From Macrostomum lignano (Eukaryota), in contig NIVC01001680.1 in NCBI GenBank assembly GCA_002269645.1, positions 124,001 through 188,000 of the forward strand: 64,000 nucleotides of DNA, given 5' to 3'. Of the stretch, positions 1 through 18,467 are shown piece after piece (the first letter of the stretch is position 1; each line of letters begins with the position of its first letter). The translations under genes were made by a program, and so were the position numbers. The notes under the pieces were generated by a model. The model saw only the letters and a program-made list of their open reading frames with translations. It did no database searches and was not told the origin of the DNA.

Positions 1-6846
<6,846 letters not shown>

Positions 6847-7628
6847 GCAGCGAGAGCACAGCGGGAAACTGCTCAGAGTAGTGGGAATCGAACAATTGGC
6901 TGGAGTTAGGGCTATTTTTTCACTCATCAGTACTGATTGAGCTGTTGCTGTGCATGCAGTACTGCAATTTATTATTGACATAATCGAATGCCATGCGTAC
7001 ATCTTATTGGCTGCCACCTCTGCATTGCACTGCAGTTCCCATTGTATTGTTTCTGCTACCTGTTACTAATATTACTGTCTAGTTCGATCTGAGTTGGCTT
7101 GGTTTTTTATTAATAGTTTAATTGCATTCTCCATCAGCTTGAAACTGGCTAGAGAGTACAGGTAAACCGCAGTCCCATCTCTCTAATAATCTTCTGTTTT
7201 GCATTGCCGTAGACCGTTGCTTTTGTTTATCTTTGCACCCACCTGCAGCAAACCAGCTGTCTGTACCCCCCTGTCACCGCCCCCTTTTTATTCCAGAGTC
7301 CCTGCCTATCTGTAGGGCTAGCACTGGCTTGATCTGTTCACACCCCGGCTATTCGAGTTTGTGCAGTTTAGCTGCAGTCTCTGGGCGGGAATACTAGCTA
7401 GTGAAAACACCTTGTTGAATTTGACCCCGCCGCCTCTGATGCTGTCTGCTCTGTTTAAAATCGTTTGAAATTAACAATAATAATTATTATTATAGCTACT
7501 CATATTTTCCAACCCGTTGTGTTGAACTCTCAAGTTGAGCAGCATTTTTGATCGATCACCTGGCTCCGATTTGCGGGGAGAAACCAGTCGCCTGCGCCTT
7601 TGGTGTTCATTTTTTATGACCCAAAAAT

Positions 7629-10043
7629 CCACAGCATTAGAGCCCTCACCCACTGCATTAGAGCCCTCACCCACAGCATTAGAGCCCTCACCCACTGCAT
7701 TAGAGCCCTCACCCACTGCATTAGAGCCCTCACCCACTGCATTAGAGCCCTCACCCACTGCATTAGAGCCCTCACCCACTGCATTAGAGCCCTCACCCAC
7801 TGCATTAGAGCCCTCACCCACAGCATTAGAGCCCTCACCCACTGCATTAGAGCCCTCACCCACTGCATTAGAGCACTCACCCACTGCATTAGAGCCCTCA
7901 CCCACTGCATTAGAGCCCTCACCCACTGCATTAGAGCCCTCACCCACAGCATTAGAGCCCTCACCCACTGCATTAGAGCCCTCACCCACTGCATTAGAGC
8001 CCTCACCCACTGCATTAGAGCCCTCACCCACTGCATTAGAGCCCTCACCCACAGCATTAGAGCCCTCACCCACAGCATTAGAGCCCTCACCCACTGCATT
8101 AGAGCCCTCACCCACAGCATTAGAGCCCTCACCCACTTCTTACTTAGCTGCAGGGCAGTCCGAAGACGCAGCGGGGAGGCGAGAGTCGCCCATTCCGCTA
8201 AACCCTGGTGACCCGCTTCGGCAATGATGCGGGGCCAGTCAGGGCGGTCCGTCAGTACGTCCTGCAGCGTTCTCTTCGTTTGGGAAGAAAGAGTCTCGTC
8301 TAGTTGCCCGAGGGAACCGGACGAGCCGTGAGATGTTCTCAGGTCTACAAACGTCATCGATAGATGGGTTTGGACCGAGGTGGTTAAGCCGCTCCCTGGT
8401 GAAGAACGGGCATTGACAAACGAAATGCTGAGCATCTTCGTTGTCGTACTCGCAAAAGGGGCACAGTTCATTCCGGATGTCGCCCCGGAGAAAGCAGTGC
8501 CTAGCGAAGCAGCCATGCCCCGTGAGGGTCATAGCAAGAGCCCGGATGTCCTTCCTGCTTTGGTTCAGGAGGACAATTCGGAGCTTTCGGGATGGCCGAG
8601 GGACCGCCGCACCTGATTGGCGGCAGGTGGTCAGGTTCATCCATCTGTCCCTGTGCAGGGCGGAGGCCCAGGCATCAATGCTACGATTGATGGTGGCCGC
8701 AGGGATTGGAGCCAGGGGCAGGGGTCCCTGGAGGGAGCCGCTGCTTCCTTGTTTTGCAAGCGAGTCGGCCAGCTCGTTTCCAGGGAAACCCGCATGGCCT
8801 GGGATCCATTTGAGCTGGAAAGCATTTTTGCGTCCCAGCGTATTGAGCATCCGGACGCAGTCAGAGACCGTCCGGGAGGCCTTAGTGGTGTGACAGAGGG
8901 CTAGCAGAGCCGCCTGGCTGTCGGAGTGGAAAACGATAGTTTTACCGGAGGTATTTTTGTTGCAAAGCTCTGCAGCGCAAGAGCTAATAGCAAGGACCTC
9001 GTTCTGGAAGACAGTAGAGAGTCTTGCAGTGTGCTGGGCATGCGTGGCGAACACGCGGCCATTGATGAGAATGCAGACCCCAAAGCCGAAAAGACCATCT
9101 TTTAGGGATCCTCACCCACTGCATTAGAGCCCTCACCCACAGCATTAGAGCCCTCACCCACAGCATTACATGTAGAGCCTCACCCACTGCATTAGAGCCC
9201 TCACCCACAGCATTAGAGCCCTCACCCACAGCATTACATGTAGAGCCTCACCCACAGCATTAGAGCCCTCACCCACAGCATTACATGTAGAGCCTCACCC
9301 ACAGCATTAGAGCCCTCACCCGCTGCATTAGAGCCCTCACCCACTGCATTAGAGCCCTCACCCACTGCATTAGAGCCCTCACCCACTGCATTACATGTAG
9401 AGCCTCACCCACAGCATTAGAGCCCTCACCCACTGCATTAGAGCCCTCACCCACTGCATTAGAGCCCCCACCCACTGCATTAGAGCCCTCACCCACTGCA
9501 TTAGAGCCCTCACCCACTGCATTAGAGCCCTCACCCACTGCATTACATGTAGAGCCTCACCCACAGCATTAGAGCCCTCACCCGCTGCATTAGAGCCCCC
9601 ACCCACTGCATTAGAGCCCTCACCCACTGCATTAGAGCCCTCACCCACTGCATTACATGTAGAGCCTCACCCACAGCATTAGAGCCCTCACCCGCTGCAT
9701 TAGAGGCCTCACCCACTGCATTAGAGCCCTCACCCACTGCATTACATGTAGAGCCTCACCCACAGCATTAGAGCCCTCACCCACTGCATTAGAGCCCTCA
9801 CCCACAGCATTAGAGCCCTCACCCGCTGCATTAGAGCCCTCACCCACTGCATTAGAGCCCTCACCCGCTGCATTAGAGCCCTCACCCACTGCATTAGAGC
9901 CCTCACCCACAGCATTAGAGCCCTCACCCACTGCATTAGAGCCCTCACCCACTGCATTAGAGCCCTCACCCGCTGCATTAGAGCCCTCACCCACTGCATT
10001 AGAGCCCTCACCCACTGCATTAGAGCCCTCACCCACTGCATTA
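7629..10043. repeat. 21-bp minisatellite array interrupted by a LINE insertion
   Basis: Unit GCATTAGAGCCCTCACCCAC(T/A) at about 7629-8137 and 9110-10043. It is the source of the spurious GEGSNAV/ALEPSPT ORFs. Confidence 0.97.
8138..9109 (-). mobile_element. 5'-truncated non-LTR retrotransposon with RNase H and C-terminal Zn-knuckle (I/R1-group type)
   Basis: ORF 9054-8239 has RNase H motifs FQNEVLAI, SDSQAAL and WIPGHAGFPGNELADSLAK, plus CPFC...HFVCQC. The 3' end is CTGCAGCTAAGTAAG. Apparent 11-bp TSD CCTCACCCACT at 8127-8137 and 9110-9120. Confidence 0.92.
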
Positions 10044-10498
10044 AAGAAGAGCAGCTCTCACACAAGTGCCATCGGTGAAGGCGAGTGAAGCAGTGTTGAG
10101 GATAGCCGCCTTTTCACTCCCTATTTACACAGTTGAGCTGCGCCAGCCATGCAAATATTTGCATCTTGGCTTTACCTGCATGGCTGTTGATCTCTGCTCA
10201 CTCAGCAGAGCTGCACTGATATTTAAAAGGCGCGGCTGAGCTCAGAGCCGAGATTGCGGGCTGCGATATTTGCCTACTTGACCCCCGCTCTGCCCAGTCC
10301 TTTGTGGACTCTTCAAAACCTTGTCAGCCCCCCCCCCCCCACGCATTCTTTAGTCGGGCCGAGAGTTTATCTGGGTTGCCTAGCAACCATCAGCTAGATT
10401 AGGACTGCCGCCGCCCCAGCTGCAGAATAAATGAAAGCGATAAAACCGGCTGGCTGCTCAGAGCTGCCGTGCTCAAGGCTTCACTCGGCACAGAATTT

Positions 10499-13313
10499 AT
10501 GGCGACTTCCTTCCGCGGCGGGCGCGGCCGGGCGCCCTCCATCGCGCCGGGCAGCAGCAGCCTGAGAATGATGATCGACACTGAGGACCCGCTGTTCCAG
10601 GGCATGAAGAAGCTGAAGATTCAGGGCAGGAATTTGACTGCTGTGCCGCCAGAGCTGTTCAACCTGTCCGAGCTGGAGGTGCTGGACATGAGTCCGGAGC
10701 GGGAGGCCTGTCTGTACTATAAGCTGGCCGATGTGCCCACTGCCATCTGTGAGTGCCGGCACACGTTGGAATATGGCCCTGTAAACACATTCGGAGTGTG
10801 GCTCTTTAAACATATAATCTGCTCTAAGTCTAGATGAAGTTAACCTAGCCTAGGCTTTTAGTACTGACAAGGTTTTTATTTTTACAGATTAGCAAAATTA
10901 AACAAGTTCAGATTTATACAGAATATGACAGGACGGCAAACTGACAGCCCAGCCGCAGCTATTGCGCGGTGCATCTGAAGGCGTGTGTGGCTGTTCAGTC
11001 CAAGGCGTGTGGGGTCGCCACACGCCCTCAATTACCCCAGCTAATGCTGGCACCCATTTTACAGCTGGGTGAACTGACGCAATGTAAGAGTTTGTGTCTT
11101 GCTCAGAGACAAATTGTTCCAGTGGGATCGGGAATCGAATCCCCGGCCTTCAAGCCGCGAGTCCAACGCCCAAACCACAACCAAAACCTAAAACCTTTAT
11201 AAACACAGGAAAAACGGCCCTCTAAACACGGAATGGCCGTCTGAAACACGGCCCTCTGAACACAGGGAATATGGCCCTCTGAACACAGGGAATACGGCCC
11301 TCTAAACACAGGGAATACGGCCCTCTAAACACAGGAAATACGGCCCTCTAAACACAGGAAATACGGCCCTCTGAACACAGGAAATACGGCCCTCTAAACA
11401 CAGGGAATACCGCCCTCTTAACACAGGAAATACGGCCCTCTAAACACAGGAAATACGGCCCTCTGAACACAGGAAATACGGCCCTCTGAACACAGGGAAT
11501 ACGGCCCTCTGAACACAGGAAATACGGCCCTCTGAACACAGGGAATACGGCCCTCTGAACACAGGAAATACGGCCCTCTGAACACGGCATTCAGTTGTTA
11601 AAACACGGATTTGCTCGTGAATCACTGTGGACCCATGCGCTAAGAACAGAGTGATTCGTCAATTAGTTAAGAGCACTGCCTCCCGCAGGCAAGCTGAAGA
11701 ACCTCCGCATCCTTCTGCTGGACACGAACGACCTCGCCAAGGTGCCCGGCGAGATCGGCCTGCTGGAGAACCTCGAGCGCCTGGCGCTCAGCAACAACTG
11801 GTTGAGCAGCCTGCCACCTGAGATCGGCGACCTCACCCAGTTAAAGAGCATCCACCTGGCCAACAACAAGTTCGTGCACTTCCCGGCCGCTGTGCTGCGC
11901 TGCACCCAGATGGAGTTTCTCGACATCTCCGACAACATGCTGCAGAAGGTGCCGAAGGCAATCCGTAGGCTCACCAACTTGGAGACGCTGATGGTGTTCA
12001 GCAACCAGCTGCGGGGCTTGCCGGATGAGATCTGCGATCTGGTGAGAGGCTATGGGGGAACAGCAGCTTTGGTGGCGCTAGGGCTAGGGCTATAGGGTTA
12101 AGGTTAGGGCTAGGGCTAAGGTTAGGGCTATAGGCTAGGGCTTGACTTACTTGACTTAGCTGCAGGGGGCTCCGTGCGTCCGGAAACAGCGAGGAGGCGT
12201 TGCCGCCCATTTCGTTAACCCCTGGCAACCACGGGCAGCTGGTGCTGCGGTGTCGCGCAGGGAGTTCCGGTGGCGCCGGCGTCCGCAGCGCGGTCCCCCT
12301 CCGGAGAGTCCAGGAGGTGGATTGTCGCTCGCCCGGTAGCCCTTAGGTAGCGGACGAGCTGGCAGAGATTCTCGGGCCTGAAAACGTCGGAGAGGCCGCG
12401 GGTTTGGGCCGAGGTAGGTGAGCCTGTCCTGAGTAAAGGCGGGGCATTCACAGATGAAGTGCTCCGCATTCTCGACACCGGAGAGGCAGAATGGGCATTC
12501 CTCACTGCGGATTTTCCCCAGGAGGTAACGATGCCTAGCAAAACAGCCATGACCCGAGAGGGCCATGGTCACCGCCCTGATGTCCCTGCGGTTGAGTCCA
12601 ATCAGGGCCTTGCGCAGGGCGGAGGAAATAGGCTAGGGCAAGGGCTAGGGCAAAAATCGCTGAATCACTTAAAATCTTTCTGTTTGATCGGCCCCTCTAC
12701 TCAGTTTAAAATGCGCGTCGTATTTTTCTATATTCCAAGCATACTACTTTTAGTAGAGCAGTCCGCATGAAGGCATTCAGATGGCAAAGCATCAAGCACA
12801 CGCAACATCTCCCAGGTCCAACTCCGCTGCGTCTGGCTCGGCTTCAACAAGGTGGCGAATCTGCCGAAGAACTTCGGCCGCCTGAAGTTGCTGGACTGGT
12901 CCTGGCACTACACCTCGACCATCTTGAACGAGAACCCGCTGGTGCACCCGCCGCTGGAGATCTGCAAGCAGGGCGCCGACGAGATCGAGCGCTACTTCGC
13001 CATGCTGGGCAGCAGCGCCGACCGCATGCTGTACCGCCAGGAGGACGACACCGCCGAGGATCTGCAGGCCATGGGGCCGGACGCCGAGGCCGTCCTGAGC
13101 TCGCGCCAGCCGGCAGCTGTCACCATGGGAACGCCTCAGTCGGGGCCATCGACTCAGCGGTCTCAGCAGCCACAGCAGCAGCAGGCGTCGCCGCCGCAGC
13201 AGCAGCCGAAGCAGCCGATGTCGCTGGACATCAACCCGGCGGCGGTGCGGCTGCTCCGGCGGGGCTCCACCTCCGACCCCTCCTTCCTGCAGCAGCTGCA
13301 GAGCGGCAGCTAG
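10499..13313 (+). CDS. Leucine-rich-repeat protein, 3 exons
   Basis: Exons 10499-10748, 11689-12041 and 12816-13313 join in phase. Repeated LxxLxLxxNxLxxLP units, a cap [14 protein letters not shown] and a Gln/Pro-rich tail. Confidence 0.9.
10941..11182 (-). mobile_element. tRNA-derived SINE, copy 1
   Basis: On the minus strand, a tRNA-like head with B box GGATTCGATTCC and a central CAGTTCACCCAGCTGTAAAATGGGTGCC segment. Clearly homologous to 16338-16590. Confidence 0.75.
11212..11586. repeat. 23-bp minisatellite, intronic
   Basis: Unit (G/A)AACACAGG(A/G)AATACGGCCCTCT. Period 23 read at 11341 and 11364. Confidence 0.95.
12142..12627 (-). mobile_element. 5'-truncated non-LTR retrotransposon, same family as 8138-9109
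   Basis: GHGCFARH...CPFC...HFICECP with a frameshift near GPNP. The 3' end is CTGCAGCTAAGTCAAGTAAG. 12-bp TSD ATAGGCTAGGGC at 12130-12141 and 12628-12639, inside a (TAGGGC)n tract of LRR intron 2. Confidence 0.9.
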
Positions 13314-13640
13314 GCTGGGGCTGGGGCTGGGGCTGGGGCTAGGGCTGAGACTAGGGCTGGAGCTGAGGCTGGGGCTGAGGCTGGGGCTGGGGCTGGGACT
13401 GGGACTGGGACTGGGGCTGAAGCTGGAGCTGGGGCTGGGGCTGGGCCTGGGGCTGGGGCTGGGCCTGGGGCTGGGGCTGGGGCTGGGCCTGGGGCTGGGG
13501 CTGGGGCTGGAGCTGAGGCTGGGGCTGGGGCCTGGGCTGGGGCTGGGGCTGGGGCTGGGACTGGAGCTGGAGCTGGGGCTGGGACTGGGGCTGGGGCTGG
13601 AGCTGAGGCTGGGGCTGGGGCTGGGACTGGGGCTGGGGCT
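13314..13640. repeat. G-rich (GGGGCT)n hexamer array directly after the LRR stop codon
   Basis: Direct reading; variants GGGCCT, GGAGCT and GGGACT. Confidence 0.95.
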
Positions 13641-14679
13641 TTGATTGAGACTGGAACTTTGGAACGATTCGAGGTCCAAGTACTACATTAAAATATGAAT
13701 TCATATTTATTGCAACTTGCGAGCTACTCAAGCATCAACTCAGCTGTTTGAAACTGCAAATGATTGACTCTCCTCTCCGATGTACCTGTAGAAAAGAGCT
13801 TCAACAATATACTGTTTATATTCAGAACCACTCTCAAGCGATATTTTTTACTCTTGTAGTGGCACGCACAGCACATTGCAACTAATCAGACCTGTCTGCA
13901 TTCTTTGCTCGAATAAAAACTAAAGTAAAAACTAAAATCTGTCTTTTCCTTGCAATTAGGACAGACCTAACTGTGGCCTGCTTTCCTGAATTGTTCAAGC
14001 TATTTACTTATACGAGCAGATCAGAGGCAGGGGCTGTGTGCACTCCCTTTAAGCAACATTGTCGCACAACCGGCGAGAGACATCACAACTGCCCATTCCG
14101 CCGACTCCCCTGAGCGCAAGCACAGGCACACAGTGACACAGGAGTGTACAGCAGCTCTAACTTTCTAAGTCCATTATTTGCACGAGGAGACCCCACGCCG
14201 AAATTCCAATTTAGCCCCAGAGTAATGTGACTGCACTTGGAATCGAGCCTGGGCTGCGCTAGACCATTGGGCTATGGCTCCCCTGCTGACGCGTTAATTC
14301 TAATATTTCATGTAAACTTTAAAAAGCTTGTACGAGCTGTGTTTTACAGTGCATATTTACCAAACTTTTGTAAAGAACTGCAGCAAGCCTGCAGACACGT
14401 CATGGCTGTTTTTAGCCACATGCAGTAAACAAGCGTGTCTGCCACAGAAACAGTGCCTCCGCTGCACAATGGCGCCACCTTATACTGCCTTGTCGCTTGA
14501 AGCGCGCAGAGTTCAAATGTACTCAGCCCGAACTCCAGAAAGAGCTGTCTGTCTGTCTGGGCGCAGAACCTGTATTTAAATATGCTGGCTAGGGAATTTT
14601 TTTAGCCGAGTGGGGCGATCCGACAGTCTGGCCAGTTATGCCGAGCGAGTTCGAATCCGGTAAACATCTTAATCCTGTG

Positions 14680-14858
14680 ACCCAAGAATATCAGTCCTTA
14701 GTCCCAAGAATATCATTCCTAGTCCCAAGAATATCAGTCCTTAGTCCCAAGAATATCAGTCCTTAGTCCCAAGAATATCAGTCCTTAGTCCCAAGAATAT
14801 CAGTCCTTAGTCCCAAGAATATCAGTCCTTAGTCCCAAGAATATCAGTCCTTAGTCCC
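14680..14858. repeat. 22-bp minisatellite, about 8 copies
   Basis: Unit GTCCCAAGAATATCAGTCCTTA. Confidence 0.93.
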
Positions 14859-15061
14859 GCGGTTAGTGCCAGTCCTCGCCCGAAAGGCAAAGAAGAATAT
14901 CAGGGCGCAGACACACGGAGAGGCGCGTGTACATGCGGAGAGCAATTCTAGGGGCCGTTTGGTTGGAATGAAAGACGTTTCTTTTCTGCATTTCCTTTGC
15001 AGCAGCATTCGTAGCAAAAGACAGCAGGACTCTTTGTTCGCACAAAGACCGCGTCGACTCG

Positions 15062-15766
15062 ATGTCAGCCGTCGCGCCGCTCCCCGGCCAGTCCCAGATC
15101 GCCGTCTTCTGGCAGCGCTGGAGCCGCAGCGCCACCGTCAAGTCGTTGACGGCCTCGAAGTTCCGGTTCGCCCGCCACCTGCTGCTGGTGGCGGCGCTGG
15201 TAGCGGGACTGGCAGGCCGGGACTGGCACTGGGACAGCGGGCCGCAGCTGCCGCTCGGCCTCCTCACGCTGGAGTTCCTGCTCTCCAGCGCGCTGTGGTC
15301 CGTCTGGCGCCGGCTGCTGCTGGGCGCCGCCAACTGCCGCTGGCGTTGCCGAGGATCGACCGTCGGCTGCCTGACGCCGGTCCGGGTGCAGCGCCGCTTC
15401 CGCCTGCTGGCCGTCCTGCTGTTGACCGCCCCAGCTCAGACCGCCGCCGTCTCCGTTGTCGACGACGTCAACTGCGGCGGCGACTCGGTGGCCGAAGCGG
15501 ACTCCGACGCTGATGACAGTGCCGAGAATCGTCGAGGAGGCGGCCAGGCCGACCGGCAGCTGCGGCTGCGTCGACGGGCCTTGCAAGCCGCTGCCGCTGC
15601 CGGGATCCTCGACCAGGGAGGCGGCGGCCTCCAGCAGCCGTCGGTGAGCCAGGAACGTCCCGGCAGCGATCCGCTGAACTTGCTGACGGATCTGGCTGGG
15701 GAGCCAAGAGCGCCGCGACCGACACCTGCTGCTTTTCCTTCCGTGGCTGGCCTGACGGCGTCCTGA
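15062..15766 (+). CDS. Hypothetical single-exon membrane protein, 234 aa
   Basis: ATG-initiated GC-rich ORF with about 3 hydrophobic segments (HLLLVAALVAGLAG, LPLGLLTLEFLLSSALWSVW, FRLLAVLLLTAPA) and an acidic/low-complexity tail. No family recognised. Confidence 0.55.
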   Translation: MSAVAPLPGQSQIAVFWQRWSRSATVKSLTASKFRFARHLLLVAALVAGLAGRDWHWDSGPQLPLGLLTLEFLLSSALWSVWRRLLLGAANCRWRCRGSTVGCLTPVRVQRRFRLLAVLLLTAPAQTAAVSVVDDVNCGGDSVAEADSDADDSAENRRGGGQADRQLRLRRRALQAAAAAGILDQGGGGLQQPSVSQERPGSDPLNLLTDLAGEPRAPRPTPAAFPSVAGLTAS

Positions 15767-15772
15767 ACCCAT

Positions 15773-15968
15773 CTGTAGCTTCATCAACTCTGTAGCTTCA
15801 TCAACTCTGTAGCTTCATCAACTCTGTAGCTTCATCAACTCTGCAGCTTCATCAATTCTGTAGCTTCATCAAATCTGCAGCTTCATCAAATCTGCAGCTT
15901 CATCAAATCTGCAGCTGCATCAAATCTGCAGCTTCATCAAATCTGCAGCCTCATCAAATCTGCAGCTC
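15773..15968. repeat. 17-bp minisatellite
   Basis: Unit TCTG(T/C)AGCTTCATCAA(C/A). Confidence 0.92.
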
Positions 15969-16337
15969 TATCTAGCCGTCAGCTTTAATGAATCTCCTGC
16001 TTTATCAAGCTTACAGTTTGTTCAAATCTAAATTTGTCAATGCAGTTTGCTGTCCTGTGAACTTGTGATTTTTGGGCCCCGCTCTCCAACTGTACTTAAA
16101 GCTCCTTCATCGCTCACGCATGTACATTACGCGATTCTCGTTCTTCCTACATACTGACTGGGTTTTGTGTATATTCGTACCCTCGAGTCACCGCAGTAAA
16201 TAATAAATTATTTCTTATCCAAGTCGTTCTTGATTCCACGTCAGAGTTGCCCGTACGGGTGCTCCTTGCTCGATAATTAATATAATAATAGCTCGTACTA
16301 ATAATCGATTAAATGTCATAAAGGGCAGATGTGCAAC

Positions 16338-16590
16338 CGACAGCTCAGCCGCAGCTATTGCGGGGCGCATCTGAAGGCTGCCTACGGCGGTTCAGTCCAA
16401 GGACTGGGGGGTCGCCACACTCGCCCTCAATTACCCCAGCTAATGCTGGCACCCGTTTTACAGCTGGGTGAACTGCAGAAGCAATGCAGAGTTAAGAGTG
16501 TTGCTCAAGGACACAAATTGTTTAGAGCGGGTCGAGAATCGAACCCCCGACCTTTCATTCGTGACAGCAGTTGAGGCTACAACCCAATTC
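16338..16590 (-). mobile_element. tRNA-derived SINE, copy 2
   Basis: Shares long blocks with 10941-11182 (CCCTCAATTACCCCAGCTAATGCTGGCACCC, TTTTACAGCTGGGTGAACTG). B box GGGTTCGATTC on the minus strand. Confidence 0.75.
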
Positions 16591-17111
16591 GATAATTTAG
16601 ACTCAAGACTGACAGCAAATCTTGCTGAACCGGTACCTCTCAGCATGCAATTGGCTCGGGACCCTCAGAGCTGCAGGAACCCTCCTGCACTCCAGCCCAG
16701 ATAGCAGTACACCTCAGCATGAGGCCAGGTGTCTCTGAGGTGCCAATCGGAGGTGCGGCTCGTGACAGCCTGAGCTGAGAACTTCCGCACCTCTGCGGGA
16801 CCCCGCTAAGCCACTTGAAATTCGCAGATTTTTTACGATCCAGTAATCTGCTGCTCATCTTCGCCTCAGGCGACAACATCAGGCTGTCATTGCTTTTAAT
16901 TAGCTCATCATTTTGGACGGAATTCGCACCTGGCCTCGGCTTTATTGGCTGCAGTCTGCCCGCTCAGCCAATCAGCTTTCAGTGAGCAGTTCTCAAGCCC
17001 CGCCGTCACTTCTGACTGAATAAAAAGCCAGCAGCTGAGCGTCAACTTCTACTGACTTCCCGGTCAAATCCGTTTATAAGAGTTGGCTTGGCAAAGAGAT
17101 CAGCGAGCCCC

Positions 17112-17278
17112 ATGGAGCACTTTCAGAGTCTAGCGAGGCGCAGACTTGAATCGGAGACAACTGCTGTCAGAGAGCCCCTGTTCGTCAGGAGAGAGTCTGG
17201 TTTTCGATGCAGGTGAGATTCTAATGCTGATGTCTGTCTGTCTGTCTGTCTGTCTTAGTGGCTGTCTGTCTGTCTTCG

Positions 17279-17351
<73 letters not shown>

Positions 17352-17374
17352 TAGTGGCTGTCTGTCTGTCTGCC

Positions 17375-17443
<69 letters not shown>

Positions 17444-17554
17444 TCGTGTCTGTCTGTCTGTCTGTCTTAGTGGCTGTCTGTCTGTCTGTCTTAGTGGCTG
17501 TCTGTCTGTCTTCGTGTCTGTCTGTCTCTCTGTCTGTCTGTCTGTCTGTCTGCC

Positions 17555-17611
<57 letters not shown>

Positions 17612-17644
17612 TAGTGGCTGTCTGTCTGTCTGTCTTAGTGGCTC

Positions 17645-17683
<39 letters not shown>

Positions 17684-17734
17684 TAGTGGCTGTCTGTCTG
17701 TCTGTCTGTCTTAGTGGCTGTCTGTCTGTCTGCC

Positions 17735-17787
<53 letters not shown>

Positions 17788-17928
17788 TCGTGTCTGTCTG
17801 TCTGTCTGTCTTAGTGGCTGTCTGTCTGTCTGTCTTAGTGGCTGTCTGTCTGTCTTCGTGTCTGTCTGTCTCTCTGTCTGTCTGTCTGTCTTAGTGGCTG
17901 TCTGTCTGTCTTCGTGTCTGTCTGTCTC

Positions 17929-17999
<71 letters not shown>

Positions 18000-18036
18000 T
18001 AGTGGCTGTCTGTCTGTCTGTCTGTCTTAGTGGCTC

Positions 18037-18079
<43 letters not shown>

Positions 18080-18122
18080 TAGTGGCTGTCTGTCTGTCTT
18101 AGTGGCTGTCTGTCTGTCTGCC

Positions 18123-18175
<53 letters not shown>

Positions 18176-18260
18176 TCGTGTCTGTCTGTCTGTCTGTCTT
18201 AGTGGCTGTCTGTCTGTCTGTCTTAGTGGCTGTCTGTCTGTCTTCGTGTCTGTCTGTCTC

Positions 18261-18347
<87 letters not shown>

Positions 18348-18384
18348 TAGTGGCTGTCTGTCTGTCTGTCTGTCTTAGTGGCTC

Positions 18385-18467
<83 letters not shown>

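Noticed and set aside
7471-10065. Long ORFs GEGSNAV, ALEPSPT and CIRALTH
   Set aside because: Translations of the 21-bp minisatellite, open in several frames on both strands.
12078-12141. Interstitial telomere
   Set aside because: Mostly TAGGGC variants with only isolated TTAGGG; too short and degenerate.
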